Shown here: positions 18,107-28,331 of the stretch, piece after piece
Position numbering within the stretch: position 1 is the first letter of the stretch
Layout of the letters: each line of letters opens with the position of its first letter
DNA from: Longimicrobiales bacterium
GTDB lineage: Bacteria > Gemmatimonadota > Gemmatimonadetes > Longimicrobiales > Gaopeijiaceae
Length of the DNA: 64,000 nt
Direction of reading: 5' to 3'
NCBI GenBank assembly: GCA_965202805.1
Contig: OZ241869.1
Location: 1,600,001 to 1,664,000, forward strand
Translations under genes and position numbers: made by a program
The notes under the pieces: generated by a model
What the model was told of the DNA's origin: nothing
Databases searched by the model: none
Seen by the model: the letters and a program-made list of their open reading frames with translations, nothing else

Positions 18107-19054
18107 ATGAACCATCGTCTCCGCGCATTTGCGCCCTGCCGCGCCTTCCTGGCCGCACCGCTGTCGGCGTTGCTGCTGGCGCCGGCCATCCTTCCCGGCT
18201 CAACCGCCGTGCGGGCCCAGGGGCCCGCGACCCGGCTTGTGATTCTCGGCACCGGAACGCCGATCGCCGACCCGGACCGGTTCGGGCCGGCGGTCGCGGT
18301 GGTGGTCGGGGAGGAGTCCTACCTGGTGGACGCGGGCGCGGGAGTGGTCCGCAGGGCGGCCGCCGCGGCCCGGAACGGGATTCCCGCCCTGGCGGCGTCC
18401 AACCTGAAGCGGGTCTTCATCACGCATCTGCATACAGACCACACGGTCGGGCTTCCGGACCTGATGTTCACCCCCTGGCAGAACGGCCGCGCGGAGCCCC
18501 TCGAGGTCTACGGGCCACCCGGCGCGCTGCGCATGACCACGAACATCGAGGAGGCGTGGGTGGAGGATATCCACATGCGTCTTTTCGGCCTGGAGGGGCG
18601 CACCGCCCACAACTACCGCGCCGTGACGCGGGAAATCGAAGCGGGCACCATCTATGACGACGGCACCGTGCGCGTGGACGCCATCCCCGTCGCGCATACC
18701 AGCTGGCCCGTCGCCTTCGGCTTCCGCTTCGTCACCCCGGACCGCACCATCGTCATCTCGGGGGACACCCGTCCGAGCCCATCTCTCGTCGAAGCCTGCA
18801 ACGGCTGCGACGTGCTCGTGCACGAGGTCTACTCACGGGATTTCTTCGACCGGCATCGGAACCAGATCTACCACGCGGCGGCGCACACCTCGACCGCCCA
18901 GGTCGCCGCGCTGGCGATGGAGGCCCGCCCGGGGCTCCTTGTGCTCTACCACCAGCTCTACCGTTCCGCCACCGACGAGGACCTCATCCGAGAGGTGCGC
19001 GAGGCGGGGTACACCGGGCGCGTGGTGTCGGCCGCGGACCTGGACGTGTACTGA
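18107..19054 (+). CDS. Secreted MBL-fold hydrolase (RNase Z/arylsulfatase-like)
   Basis: Signal peptide; LGTGTP, THLHTDH, SGDT, LVHE, HTS, LYH. Confidence 0.85.
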   Translation: MNHRLRAFAPCRAFLAAPLSALLLAPAILPGSTAVRAQGPATRLVILGTGTPIADPDRFGPAVAVVVGEESYLVDAGAGVVRRAAAAARNGIPALAASNLKRVFITHLHTDHTVGLPDLMFTPWQNGRAEPLEVYGPPGALRMTTNIEEAWVEDIHMRLFGLEGRTAHNYRAVTREIEAGTIYDDGTVRVDAIPVAHTSWPVAFGFRFVTPDRTIVISGDTRPSPSLVEACNGCDVLVHEVYSRDFFDRHRNQIYHAAAHTSTAQVAALAMEARPGLLVLYHQLYRSATDEDLIREVREAGYTGRVVSAADLDVY

Positions 19055-19233
19055 ACGCTCGATGAACGATCACATGCTCGCAGAACGCGGCTCGCGCGAA
19101 TCGCAGTCGAGGCGCGCCGGCGCGGGCCGTGGTTGCCCCGGATTCCGGCGCCGGAATAACTTGGGCGGGTGACCGGCCGCGCGCGCCGGGCATCCCGGGA
19201 CCACGCATTCATGGACCTCACCGGAGTTGGCAT

Positions 19234-19710
19234 ATGGTACGTGCGAGTCTGTTGATGGCGCTCGTGATCCTGACCTCGGGCTGCGCCCGATGGATTCCGG
19301 CCCGGGTCGGCGAAGTGCCGGTCGGCACCGATGTCCGCCTGCGGCTGTCGGAGGAGGGTGCCTCGCGGCTGGAGGAACTGACCGGGACCCGCCAGTCCGA
19401 GGTCTCGGGACAGTTGCTTCAGTGGGGCAGCGAAGTGATGGTCTCGGCCGCCCTGCGAACCGCGGCAGCCGGTGCGAACAGCAGCAGCCTGCGTCAGCGG
19501 TTCGTGGTCGACGAGGAGGACATCCTCGGGGTGGATGTCAGGGAACTGGACCGGACCCGCACCGGACTCTTCGTCGGCGGCGTCGCCGTGGTGGCGGGGT
19601 CGGCGATCGTGTGGGTGGTGTCGCAGCTCACCGGCGGCGGCATCGCGGCACCGACCGATCCCCCGCCCCCCGGACCCAGCGAGCCCTTCGTGCGGATTCG
19701 CATTCCCTAG
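19234..19710 (+). CDS. Hypothetical lipoprotein with C-terminal TM helix, paralog 1
   Basis: LTSGC lipobox; colinear similarity to 19838-20311. Confidence 0.75.
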   Translation: MVRASLLMALVILTSGCARWIPARVGEVPVGTDVRLRLSEEGASRLEELTGTRQSEVSGQLLQWGSEVMVSAALRTAAAGANSSSLRQRFVVDEEDILGVDVRELDRTRTGLFVGGVAVVAGSAIVWVVSQLTGGGIAAPTDPPPPGPSEPFVRIRIP

Positions 19711-19837
19711 CAGCCCGTGGACGAACTCCCCTCGGCCGGGTGGCGAGGGCGGGTCGGGGCGGCCTGCCGCGCCGGCGGCGTCCCAGCTGCCCGGACCACC
19801 ACTCCACCCCATCCATGACTCCCAGCCGAAGGCGAAC

Positions 19838-20311
19838 ATGAGACGCGCCGGTCTGACCCTGATCCTTCTCCTGACCGTATCCGGCTGCGCCCGATGGGTG
19901 CCGGCCCAGCTGGGGACGGTCCCGCCCGGCACCGACGTCCGTCTCCGCCTGTCCGAGGACGGCGCCGCACAGCTTGAGGAAATGACGGGCGCGCGTGCCG
20001 CCGAGCTGACGGGAGAGCTGCTCCAGTGGGAACCCGAAGTGTTGGTGTCCACCGCACTTGCGCCCACGGGCGCGCGCGTCGACCAGGGCCTGCGCCAGCG
20101 CCTGGTCGTGGATCCGGCCAACGTCGTCGGCATCGACGTACGCGAGGTCGACCGCACCCGCACGGGGTTTCTGGTCGGTGGCGTGGTCGCGGTTGCGGGG
20201 TCGGCGATCGCATGGGCGGTCGTCAACATCATCCGGGGCAGCGAAGGCGCGCCCACTACGCCACCGACGGACGGCCCCCAGGAACCCTTCGTGCGGGTGC
20301 GCTTTCCCTAG
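19838..20311 (+). CDS. Hypothetical lipoprotein with C-terminal TM helix, paralog 2
   Basis: VSGC lipobox; shares GTDVRLRLSE, LLQW, LRQR, DVRE.DRTRTG and EPFVR with paralog 1. Confidence 0.75.
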   Translation: MRRAGLTLILLLTVSGCARWVPAQLGTVPPGTDVRLRLSEDGAAQLEEMTGARAAELTGELLQWEPEVLVSTALAPTGARVDQGLRQRLVVDPANVVGIDVREVDRTRTGFLVGGVVAVAGSAIAWAVVNIIRGSEGAPTTPPTDGPQEPFVRVRFP

Positions 20312-20405
20312 CTTCTTGCTGGGGAAGCCCGGCCCTCGGGCACGGGCCACCCCTGGCTTGTCACGTTCACTGACGCCGGGGACCCGCCCTCGCCGAGGCC
20401 CTCAA

Positions 20406-20460
20406 CCGCCCGGCGCACCCCGCGAGCGACTGCAGATCGCTCCCGAGGTGCGCCGGGTGG
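20406..20460. terminator. Long GC-rich hairpin between convergent genes
   Basis: 20406-20419 pairs with 20447-20460, inner gagcga/tcgctc stem; no U-tract. Confidence 0.45.
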
Positions 20461-20467
20461 GTCGTTA

Positions 20468-21709
20468 TCAGCTACCGCCCTGGTAAAACGGGTTGCCGGC
20501 GATCTCTTCGGAGGAGACCGGCCAGCGCCGGTTCGTCCCCAGCTGCTTCGTCACTTCGTCCCACTGCCACGGCTTGATGTCGTAGTAGCGGTGGTCCTGA
20601 AGCCGGCGGCCCTCCACCATGAACTCGAGTCTGCGCTCGTGGATGATCTGTCGGTGGACTTCGGCAATGTCCATGCTCATGAACGGCGGCAGATCCCAGT
20701 TGGCCCGAACCATGTTGATCTGGTTGACCGCCTCCTGGTAGTTGCCGCCCAGGAGGTAGCCCTCCGCCAGGATCAGTCGCGCCTCCTGCCAGCGGCTGAC
20801 GGGAAGATCCGCGTCCAGCCCCTCATACTTGAAGAACCGGTGCACGTCGCCCGTATGGGGCGGCGGCGCGGCGAGCTCGGGCGGGCCTACGCGCGTGCCG
20901 ATGCGCGGATCCACCATGCCGCTCACCGGGTCCTCGATGGCCACGTTGCGCGGATCGATGATGACGCCCGTGATCGACTGATGGTACGTGCTGAGGCCGT
21001 TCAGCGAGCCCGGCTGCTGATAGCGGCAGGCGAAGTAGAAATCGGGCTTCACCGCGAGCGCGGCCTCGGCCGCCTGCATGGCTGCCGCCACCTGGGACAT
21101 GTCCCTGCCACGCTCGAAGAAGAGCGACCTGTGGACGCGGGCCTTGGTGGCGAGCGCCGCCGCCCGCAGGTCCGGGTTGCTCGCCTGGGCCACCTGGTCG
21201 AGCGTCGACAGCGTCTGTTCCAGCACGGCATCCGGCGCCAGCGGCGCCTCGCCGTTGAAGGGCACTTCCTTGAAGTGGTCGGCCAGACTGATGCGCGCGA
21301 ACGCCTCCCAGAAGATGCCGCGCACGATGGTCGTGTCGCCGGGGTTCGACTCCTGCAGCCTCCTCACTGCTTCCTCCGCGATCCAGCGGGCGGAGGACAT
21401 GGAGTTCCAGGCCCCGTTCTGGACCGTATTGAACCCCTCCATGTGACCCCACATGTGGAGTTCGGTGAATGTGAAACTCGAAATGAACGTGACGTCGTCG
21501 GACTGCAGGGCGTTGGCCGCGACCATGCCGTCCCAGGCGTCGCAGACCACGCCCTCGGGTGTGGCGGCCAGAGCCGGAATCAGATCCGGCTCTTCCAGAT
21601 CCGCGATCGTGAGGCTTCCCGGATTGTCGACCTTGAACAGATCACCGCATCCCGCTGCAATCAATACGGTGAACGACAGTACGCCCAGTCTCAGTATATG
21701 CATCCGCAT
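20468..21709 (-). CDS. RagB/SusD family outer-membrane lipoprotein
   Basis: AAGC lipobox then DLFKVDNP; EARLILAE, INMVR, ERRLEFMVEGRRLQD; AAGGAG RBS. Confidence 0.9.
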   Translation of the reverse strand: MRMHILRLGVLSFTVLIAAGCGDLFKVDNPGSLTIADLEEPDLIPALAATPEGVVCDAWDGMVAANALQSDDVTFISSFTFTELHMWGHMEGFNTVQNGAWNSMSSARWIAEEAVRRLQESNPGDTTIVRGIFWEAFARISLADHFKEVPFNGEAPLAPDAVLEQTLSTLDQVAQASNPDLRAAALATKARVHRSLFFERGRDMSQVAAAMQAAEAALAVKPDFYFACRYQQPGSLNGLSTYHQSITGVIIDPRNVAIEDPVSGMVDPRIGTRVGPPELAAPPPHTGDVHRFFKYEGLDADLPVSRWQEARLILAEGYLLGGNYQEAVNQINMVRANWDLPPFMSMDIAEVHRQIIHERRLEFMVEGRRLQDHRYYDIKPWQWDEVTKQLGTNRRWPVSSEEIAGNPFYQGGS

Positions 21710-21781
21710 TGCTATCTCCTTCTTCAGAAATCCGCTCATCGCCATTGGCGATCGATTCGATACCCGTCGCACAATCGTATC

Positions 21782-24700
21782 CTAGAACGTCGCCTGGAAA
21801 CGAATGCCGAAGCGTCTGGGGCTCGGCGGCTGACCGTAGTCGGAGTTCATGCCGAATGCGTTGTAGGGTCCGCCGGAGCGGGCGTCGGGGATTCCGTGAT
21901 AGGGGGTCAGAGGATCCGACATGCAGACGTCCACGGGGCACTTGTTCCAGAGGAACAGGTTGCTCGCCGACAATCTGACCACCAGGGAATTCATGCCCGC
22001 GAGCGAAGTCAGGAATCTCTCGGGGACGTTGTAGTTGAGGGAGAGGTCCGCGAAGCGAAGGAAGTCGGCCCTGAAGAGGTAGCTGGAGATCATCGAAGGA
22101 TGCTGGTTGCCGAAGTCGTCCGCGACCCGCTGGCGTTCCTCCACCGAGGTGTTCGGGTCGTCCAGGATGGCCTCGAACTCGGCCACTCGCGGTGAATTCC
22201 GGGTAAAGGCGTCCTGAATGACCGACACCTCCGAGAACATGTGATAGTCGTACGCCCCGGTGAAGGTGGCGTTGACGCTCACTCCCCCGGGGAGGTCGAG
22301 CGAGGTGAGGAAGCTTCCCGTCCAGAGCGGGATGGGGCGCCCCACGTACTCCAGTGAATCGCCGCCCGCGGCATTCTTGAGCTTGTTGGGCGTGATCTGG
22401 TTCACCCTCGTGAGCTGATCGATGGGCACCGCCACGGTGTAGGGGTTGCTGGGGTCGGGCACCGGAGCGATCCACGCGCCGGGAGTAAATCCTTCCTTCA
22501 TGGTGGGATAGTACCGGCCGGCGCTGGTACCGCCCTGGATGTGCACCCGATAGGGGGGCACACCGCCCATGTCGAGGATCTTGGAGTCATTCAGAGCGAC
22601 CTGGAAGGTGGTCGACCATCTCAGGCTGGGACGGCGGACCCAGGTAACGTCCAGCGAAGACTCGAACCCCTGGTTGCGAATCTGGCCGACATTGGAAATC
22701 ACCGGCTGGAGGAATCCTGTGGAGGCCGCGGAGGGCACGGGCAGGAGCGCGTCGCTGGTGGTCGCGTTGTAGTACACCAGGTCCAGCCCGACGCGACCGT
22801 CCAGGAAGCCGAACTCCGTCCCGAACTCCCACTCCAAGGTGCGCTCGGGCTTCAGGTCCGCGTTTCCGGGGTTTCCGGTTCTCACGATGGAGAGGTTGTT
22901 CACGGCGATGCCGGGCAGCCATGTCTGGGTAGCGTCGAACGCGCCTGGCTGCAGCCCCGCCGCGCCGAGCGCCGCCCGCACCCGGAACTGGTCCCAGGTC
23001 TGGAACGGCCAGAAATCATGGTCCGAGACGACCCAGGAGGCACCGCCCTTGGGGTACACCTGGAAGGCGAAGTTTTCGCCGAAAGCCGAGTTGCCGTCCA
23101 CGCGCAGGCCGGCGTTCAGGAAGAGGCGGTTATACAGCCCGATTTCCTCCTGGGCGTACACGCCGGCGTTAATGACTTCCTGGAAGCGTTCGTTCGGCGG
23201 CAGGAGTTGTGATCCGGCCGGCAGGGTTGAGAGCTGGCGCAGCGGGAAGTCCCGAACCCCGAGTGTCCTGAACCACTCCTCTTCCCAGAAGCTCTGACCA
23301 CCAACAAGCAGAGTCGAGGTCAGGTTCTCGCTGAAGTCCCGGCTCCAGGACGTCTTGAAGTCCAGGGTGGTGGCCGTCCGTTCGGAAGTGCGCACCAGGC
23401 GCTCGCCCTGCTCGTGATAGATGTTAAGGCCCTTGGCGACGTGCTCGATGTACTCCTCGGTGATCCGGTCCCGGCCCATGATGAGCTCCGAGCGAATGCC
23501 GTGGCCCCAGTCGTAGTTCATGGAGCCGCTGAGGGTCACCCGCTGCTCGTCCTGGTTCGACGTCACGCTTGCGATGGGGTCGCTGTCCAGAGGGAGGAAA
23601 TGCTCGCTCGGGGAGAGCGGTCCGCTGTACCCGTGCGGCGGCGGCCACGCGATCTCGTAGGCGTTGACGCCGTAGCGCCCGCCGTAGGGGAACCTCGGCG
23701 CCGGATTCCTGGGCGTCGCCAGGAAGAAGCCCCAGAGGTATCCGCTGCCCCAGTTGAGCCCGTTCTGCCCGGGCTGGCGCCGGTCGCTGAAGACCGTGTT
23801 CATGTCCACGCGAATGCCGAGCCTCTCGGTGGCCTGCACCGTGAGGTTGGCGCGCAGGTTGGCGTCCAGGGTTCCCTGGAAGTCACGGTACTCGCGGCCC
23901 ATCTGCCCGACCTCGTCGCGGAGTCGGCCGGAGGCGAAATACTGTACCGTCGAGGTCCCGCCCCGTACGTCCGCGTTGAAGTCCATGACCGAGCCCCAGC
24001 CACCGAGGTAGTCGAGGGCGGGCTTGCCCAGGGTCTGCAACTGCTTGGTGTCGAAGTTGTAGCCCCAGACTCCCTTCAGACGGGCGGACGGGATCCTCGT
24101 GCCGTCGAAGCCGGTCCCGAAGGTCCACACCGGATCGCCGGCGCTCCCCCGCTTGGTGATGATCTGGATCACCCCGCTCGATGCCTCGGTGCCGTAGAGG
24201 GTCGCGGCGGCGGCACCCTTGATCACCTCGATGCGCTCGATGTCGTTGGGATTGAGGCGGTCGATGGTACCAGCCTGGCGGGCGCCTCCCACCTTGCTGT
24301 AGTTGGAGTCGATGCGAACCCCGTCAACGTAGATGAGCGGTGCGCTCCGCTGCGTGAGGCTGACCGCGCCGCGCAGGAGGATCTGGCTCGAGGTCCCCAC
24401 GTTCGGGGCGATCCCGGGCACCATCCCGGCGATGCGCCCGGAGAGGGCCTCGGTGATATTGGATATGGGCGCGGAATTGATCGTTTCCGCTCCCAGCGTC
24501 TCGACGGTCTGGCCCAGACGGCGCCGTTCGGTGACGACTCCGGTGCCGGTGACGATCACCTCGTCCAGCGCGATCGCTTCCGACTCCATCTGGACGTCCA
24601 GGTTCACGGTTTCGTCCGCGACCACGGTGACGTCCCGGGTCTCGGTCCCGTATCCGATGTAGCGGACCTCCAGCGCATGGTTGCCGGCAGGAATGCCGAG

Positions 24701-24901
24701 CAGCACGAAACGGCCGTTGGCGTTGGTGACGTTGCCGACGCCTTCCGCTGCGATGCTCACCTGCGCGCCCGCCAGCGGCAGCCCGGTGCCCACCTCCTGG
24801 ACCGAGCCGGTGATGGTGCCCGTCTGGGCGGACACGGGACCGGCGGCGGCAATGGCGATGGCCACTCCTGCGGCGAGGATGAGCTTACGAGGGACTTTCA
24901 T
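21782..24901 (-). CDS. SusC/RagA-type TonB-dependent receptor
   Basis: Signal peptide, carboxypeptidase-regulatory-like N domain, plug PLIYVDGV and IERIEVIKGAAAATLYG, GNADLKPE, C-terminal F; AGGAGG RBS. Confidence 0.92.
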   Translation of the reverse strand: MKVPRKLILAAGVAIAIAAAGPVSAQTGTITGSVQEVGTGLPLAGAQVSIAAEGVGNVTNANGRFVLLGIPAGNHALEVRYIGYGTETRDVTVVADETVNLDVQMESEAIALDEVIVTGTGVVTERRRLGQTVETLGAETINSAPISNITEALSGRIAGMVPGIAPNVGTSSQILLRGAVSLTQRSAPLIYVDGVRIDSNYSKVGGARQAGTIDRLNPNDIERIEVIKGAAAATLYGTEASSGVIQIITKRGSAGDPVWTFGTGFDGTRIPSARLKGVWGYNFDTKQLQTLGKPALDYLGGWGSVMDFNADVRGGTSTVQYFASGRLRDEVGQMGREYRDFQGTLDANLRANLTVQATERLGIRVDMNTVFSDRRQPGQNGLNWGSGYLWGFFLATPRNPAPRFPYGGRYGVNAYEIAWPPPHGYSGPLSPSEHFLPLDSDPIASVTSNQDEQRVTLSGSMNYDWGHGIRSELIMGRDRITEEYIEHVAKGLNIYHEQGERLVRTSERTATTLDFKTSWSRDFSENLTSTLLVGGQSFWEEEWFRTLGVRDFPLRQLSTLPAGSQLLPPNERFQEVINAGVYAQEEIGLYNRLFLNAGLRVDGNSAFGENFAFQVYPKGGASWVVSDHDFWPFQTWDQFRVRAALGAAGLQPGAFDATQTWLPGIAVNNLSIVRTGNPGNADLKPERTLEWEFGTEFGFLDGRVGLDLVYYNATTSDALLPVPSAASTGFLQPVISNVGQIRNQGFESSLDVTWVRRPSLRWSTTFQVALNDSKILDMGGVPPYRVHIQGGTSAGRYYPTMKEGFTPGAWIAPVPDPSNPYTVAVPIDQLTRVNQITPNKLKNAAGGDSLEYVGRPIPLWTGSFLTSLDLPGGVSVNATFTGAYDYHMFSEVSVIQDAFTRNSPRVAEFEAILDDPNTSVEERQRVADDFGNQHPSMISSYLFRADFLRFADLSLNYNVPERFLTSLAGMNSLVVRLSASNLFLWNKCPVDVCMSDPLTPYHGIPDARSGGPYNAFGMNSDYGQPPSPRRFGIRFQATF

Positions 24902-25012
24902 GCTTCCACCTCCTGTTCGAGGGAACGGGTCATTTGATCCTGCCTGCGAAGCCCCGGAGGAGCTTCGTCCAAACAGCCCGGGCATTGGTCTGCGCGGCGC
25001 CCGGTCCGCGAT

Positions 25013-26818
25013 CTAACACATGGCGCAGTTGTCGTTGTTTATCGCGCCCAGTCGTTCCAGAAGGGCGATCGTCGCCGGGAAGGGGCGAACGTTGTAGCTC
25101 GGACTGTTGGCCATGTCAACGGTGGTCTGGCCGAGCCTCGTCACCGCATGCACGTCGGCGCCGCGCTCGATCAGGTAGAGAATGACCTCGTTGTCTCCGC
25201 GCGACGCGGCGTTGTGCAGCGGCGTGCGGGCATCCAGATCCCGGGCGTTGACGTCGGCGCCGAGTTCCTCGACCAGGTACTTCACGGCCGGGAGCCATCC
25301 GCCCGGCACGTACCGGTGTTCGTTTGCGGCACGCTGGTCGTATCCGACGCCGGTGGCCGCGTGGATGGGGTACATGGCATTGCCTCCGGGGGGAACCGGG
25401 GGGATGCCGCTCTGGTCAACGGTCGGCGAGTAGTCCGCAGCCACCGGGGCAACGTCAGCGTCCGGCGGCTTTCGGCTGGGGATGTCGGGATCTGCCCCGT
25501 AGGCGACCAGCAGCTTCATCGCGGCCACGTCGACGCCCAGTGCGGCGCGGAAGAAGGGCGTGGTGCCCTCCAGGTTCGCGCTCACGAGACGCTGATGGGC
25601 CCACCACAAATCCCTGCTGAGCCGGGCGTTGGGATCCGCGCCCGCCCGAAGCAGGTCCTCCATCACTTCGAGATAGCCGGCTTTCTGCTCTTCGTGTGCG
25701 CGCGGCTGGGGGTAGAAGGAGGTGCCGGCCCATTGCACGTTGATCACGGCGTACAGGGGCGTCGCCCCGGGCTCGCTGGCGACGTTGGGGTCGGCGCCCC
25801 GTGCGAGGAGATGGAGCCCCAGGTCGAAGCGCCCGTTCAGCATGGCGATCAGTATCGGGCTGGTCCCGTCTCCGCTGGTCTGGTCGACGTCCGCGCCTCC
25901 GTCCAGAAGCGCGTCCACGGCTTCGGTGTGCCCCGCGCGGGCCGCGTGCAGAAGGGGGGTGAGCCCGCCCCACCTGCCCACCAGGGCCGGCTGGCCCGGG
26001 GGAGGGTTGGTGGAGATCGGCGAGATCCCCTGCACCTCGCCGTCCAGGATCAGCACGTCGCCCCGGCGTTGCACTTCGCGCGCGGCCTCGATGGCCACCG
26101 CCACCTGGCCGGGCGTCGGGCGCTCTCCCTCGTCGACCGGTCCCCAGGGGTCCGCCCGCGGGTCGTTCTCCAGCCAGTCCGGGCGGAACTGGGCCAGCAC
26201 CTCGTACAACCGGTGTTGCGCGGCGACGTCCACGGCCGCCCGCCGATCCACGTCCTCGATCACGGATTCGGACAGAGAGACATCCGCTCCCAGTTCGAGC
26301 AGCGTGCGGATGGCGTGCGGGCGGTTGCGGGCCGCCGCGAAGATCAGCGGCGTCTGCCCCCATTCCCGCTCGCGGGCGTCCAGGTCGGCGCCCGCATCAG
26401 CCAAAACCCGGATCGCCTCCGAACTCCCCGACTCGGCGGCCAGGTGGAGCGGGGTCACACCGCTGTTGGTGGTCTTGGCGTGCACGTCGGCGCCCGCCGC
26501 CAGCAGCGCCTCCACGACCGCAGCGCCTCCTGCCCGGCCCGCGAGGTGGAGGGGCGTGTAGCGTCCGATCCGGGTGCCCGCCTCGACGTTGGCGCCTGCG
26601 GTGATGAGCAGCCCCGCCATCTCCGCGTCGGCATGACGCGCCGCCCAGTGGAGGGCGGTCATGCCGTCGCCCAGGGCCTCGTTGGCGTCGGCCCCCCGTT
26701 CCAGCAGGGCGCGCACCGCCTCGAGGTCCCCGCGCATGGCCGCATCGGCGACCGGCCCGCTTGCCGCCGGGCCAGCCAGCAGCAGGGCGATGATCGTGAA
26801 GGCTGTCGTCGGGTTCAC
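25013..26818 (-). CDS. Secreted ankyrin-repeat protein ending in CxxC
   Basis: Signal peptide; many GxTxLHxAA repeats; C-terminus NNDNCAMC; GTG start 9 bp after the DUF1552 stop. Confidence 0.9.
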   Translation of the reverse strand: MNPTTAFTIIALLLAGPAASGPVADAAMRGDLEAVRALLERGADANEALGDGMTALHWAARHADAEMAGLLITAGANVEAGTRIGRYTPLHLAGRAGGAAVVEALLAAGADVHAKTTNSGVTPLHLAAESGSSEAIRVLADAGADLDAREREWGQTPLIFAAARNRPHAIRTLLELGADVSLSESVIEDVDRRAAVDVAAQHRLYEVLAQFRPDWLENDPRADPWGPVDEGERPTPGQVAVAIEAAREVQRRGDVLILDGEVQGISPISTNPPPGQPALVGRWGGLTPLLHAARAGHTEAVDALLDGGADVDQTSGDGTSPILIAMLNGRFDLGLHLLARGADPNVASEPGATPLYAVINVQWAGTSFYPQPRAHEEQKAGYLEVMEDLLRAGADPNARLSRDLWWAHQRLVSANLEGTTPFFRAALGVDVAAMKLLVAYGADPDIPSRKPPDADVAPVAADYSPTVDQSGIPPVPPGGNAMYPIHAATGVGYDQRAANEHRYVPGGWLPAVKYLVEELGADVNARDLDARTPLHNAASRGDNEVILYLIERGADVHAVTRLGQTTVDMANSPSYNVRPFPATIALLERLGAINNDNCAMC

Positions 26819-26827
26819 GGCAAACCC

Positions 26828-28270
26828 CTATCTGCTCGACGACTGCGCCGCCGCCACGGCACCCCCGGGATAACCCAGCGCGAACTCGCCCGTGCTGTCG
26901 CCGAAGCTGTCCATGTCCTCGTGGCCCAGCCGATGCAGCAGGCTGAGGAAGACGTTCGCCATGGGGGTCCCGTCGGGGGCCTTCAGGTGAACATTGCCCT
27001 CGAGCCGCCCGTTTCCGTGGCCCAGCAGGATGAGCGGGCAGCGGCGGTGGTTGTGGACGTTGCCGTCCGCCATCGGCGAACCCCATACGATCACCGACTT
27101 GTCCAGCAGGCTGGCGTCGCCCTCCATGCTCGCCTGCAGCTTCTCCAGGAAGTACGGCAGGGGGCTCATGCGGTATTGCGCGATCTGGTTGAAGTCCAGA
27201 ATCGCCTCTTCGCTGTTGCCGTGGTGCGAGGCCGGATGGAACGGCGTGGTGGTGCCGCTCTCGGGGTGGATCCGGTTCGAGGCGTCGCGCCCCATCTTGA
27301 AGGACACCACCCGCGTCATGTCGGTCTGGAATGCCAGAACCTGCAGGTCGAACATCAGCTCCATGTGCTCGGCGAAGGAGTCGGGCACTCCGGCGGGCGC
27401 TTCGGGCAGCTCCCGCTGTTCGCCGCTCGAGTTGAACTCCTCGACCTTCTGGATCCGGCGCTCCACCTCCCGCACGTTCTCGAGATACCGGTCCAGCCGG
27501 TTGCGGTCCTCGGTGCCCACCCGGGCCCTGAGCGTCGCCACCTCCTCCACGATCCAGTCGAGGATGCTCTGGTTGGTGCGCCTGCGCACCGCGCGCTCCT
27601 CATTGCTTCCGCCGGCGCCGAAGAGCAGGTCGAACGCGGCGCGCGGGTCGCGGATCATCGGCAGCGGCTCGGTCGGGGAAGCCCAGCTGATCGCGTCCGT
27701 GTAGGCGCAGTGGTAGTTGTACCAGCAGCCCCCGCCCTGCCCCAGGTTCTCGATGCAGAGCTGCAGCGACGGGAGCGCGGTGTCCTGCCCGAACCGTCGC
27801 GCCTGCAGCTGGTCGAGGGAGACGCCGACGTAGATGTCGGAGCCCTGCGTCTGCTTGGGATGGCACTGGGTCAGGAAGACCGCGGTCGAGCGGAAGTGGT
27901 CGCCCCCGATCTCGTTGGGCTCGTAGGCCTCCGCCATGCGAACATCGGTGTTGCTGATGATGGTGAGGTAGTCCTGGAAGCGTTCGAGCGGCTTGAGCAC
28001 GTTCGCATCCGTCATGCGGAAGTTTCGCCCGATCTTCCCGGGTGCGAACAGCTGCTGGCTCGCGCCCCACTCGCTGCATCCCGGCACCCCGTGCACCTCT
28101 TCGATGCACACGAGGCGGGTGCGGTCCTCGAGCGCAGCCGCCGCGCGCCCCCAGCGGCCCGGTCCGGCCGGCATCATGGCGTCCAGGAGGGGCAGCGCCA
28201 CCGTGGCTCCCATCCCGCGAACGAAGGTGCGGCGGGGAATGTGCGCGCCCGTGATGAAGCTGGTCGTCAT
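26828..28270 (-). CDS. DUF1552 family protein, Tat-exported
   Basis: IPRRTFVRGMG...LPLLDAM; SLDQ, VREVERRIQ, MFDLQVLAFQTDMTRV, HPASHH, GSPMADGNVH. Confidence 0.88.
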   Translation of the reverse strand: MTTSFITGAHIPRRTFVRGMGATVALPLLDAMMPAGPGRWGRAAAALEDRTRLVCIEEVHGVPGCSEWGASQQLFAPGKIGRNFRMTDANVLKPLERFQDYLTIISNTDVRMAEAYEPNEIGGDHFRSTAVFLTQCHPKQTQGSDIYVGVSLDQLQARRFGQDTALPSLQLCIENLGQGGGCWYNYHCAYTDAISWASPTEPLPMIRDPRAAFDLLFGAGGSNEERAVRRRTNQSILDWIVEEVATLRARVGTEDRNRLDRYLENVREVERRIQKVEEFNSSGEQRELPEAPAGVPDSFAEHMELMFDLQVLAFQTDMTRVVSFKMGRDASNRIHPESGTTTPFHPASHHGNSEEAILDFNQIAQYRMSPLPYFLEKLQASMEGDASLLDKSVIVWGSPMADGNVHNHRRCPLILLGHGNGRLEGNVHLKAPDGTPMANVFLSLLHRLGHEDMDSFGDSTGEFALGYPGGAVAAAQSSSR

Positions 28271-28331
28271 CGTCGTGCTCCCTCTATCGTTGCGCCCCGG
28301 GGCAACGGCCCCGGAGCAAAGTGTCCGTCTT

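Noticed and set aside
21335..21365. tRNA-like GGTTCGACTCC T-loop motif
   Set aside because: Lies inside the susD coding sequence with no cloverleaf context.
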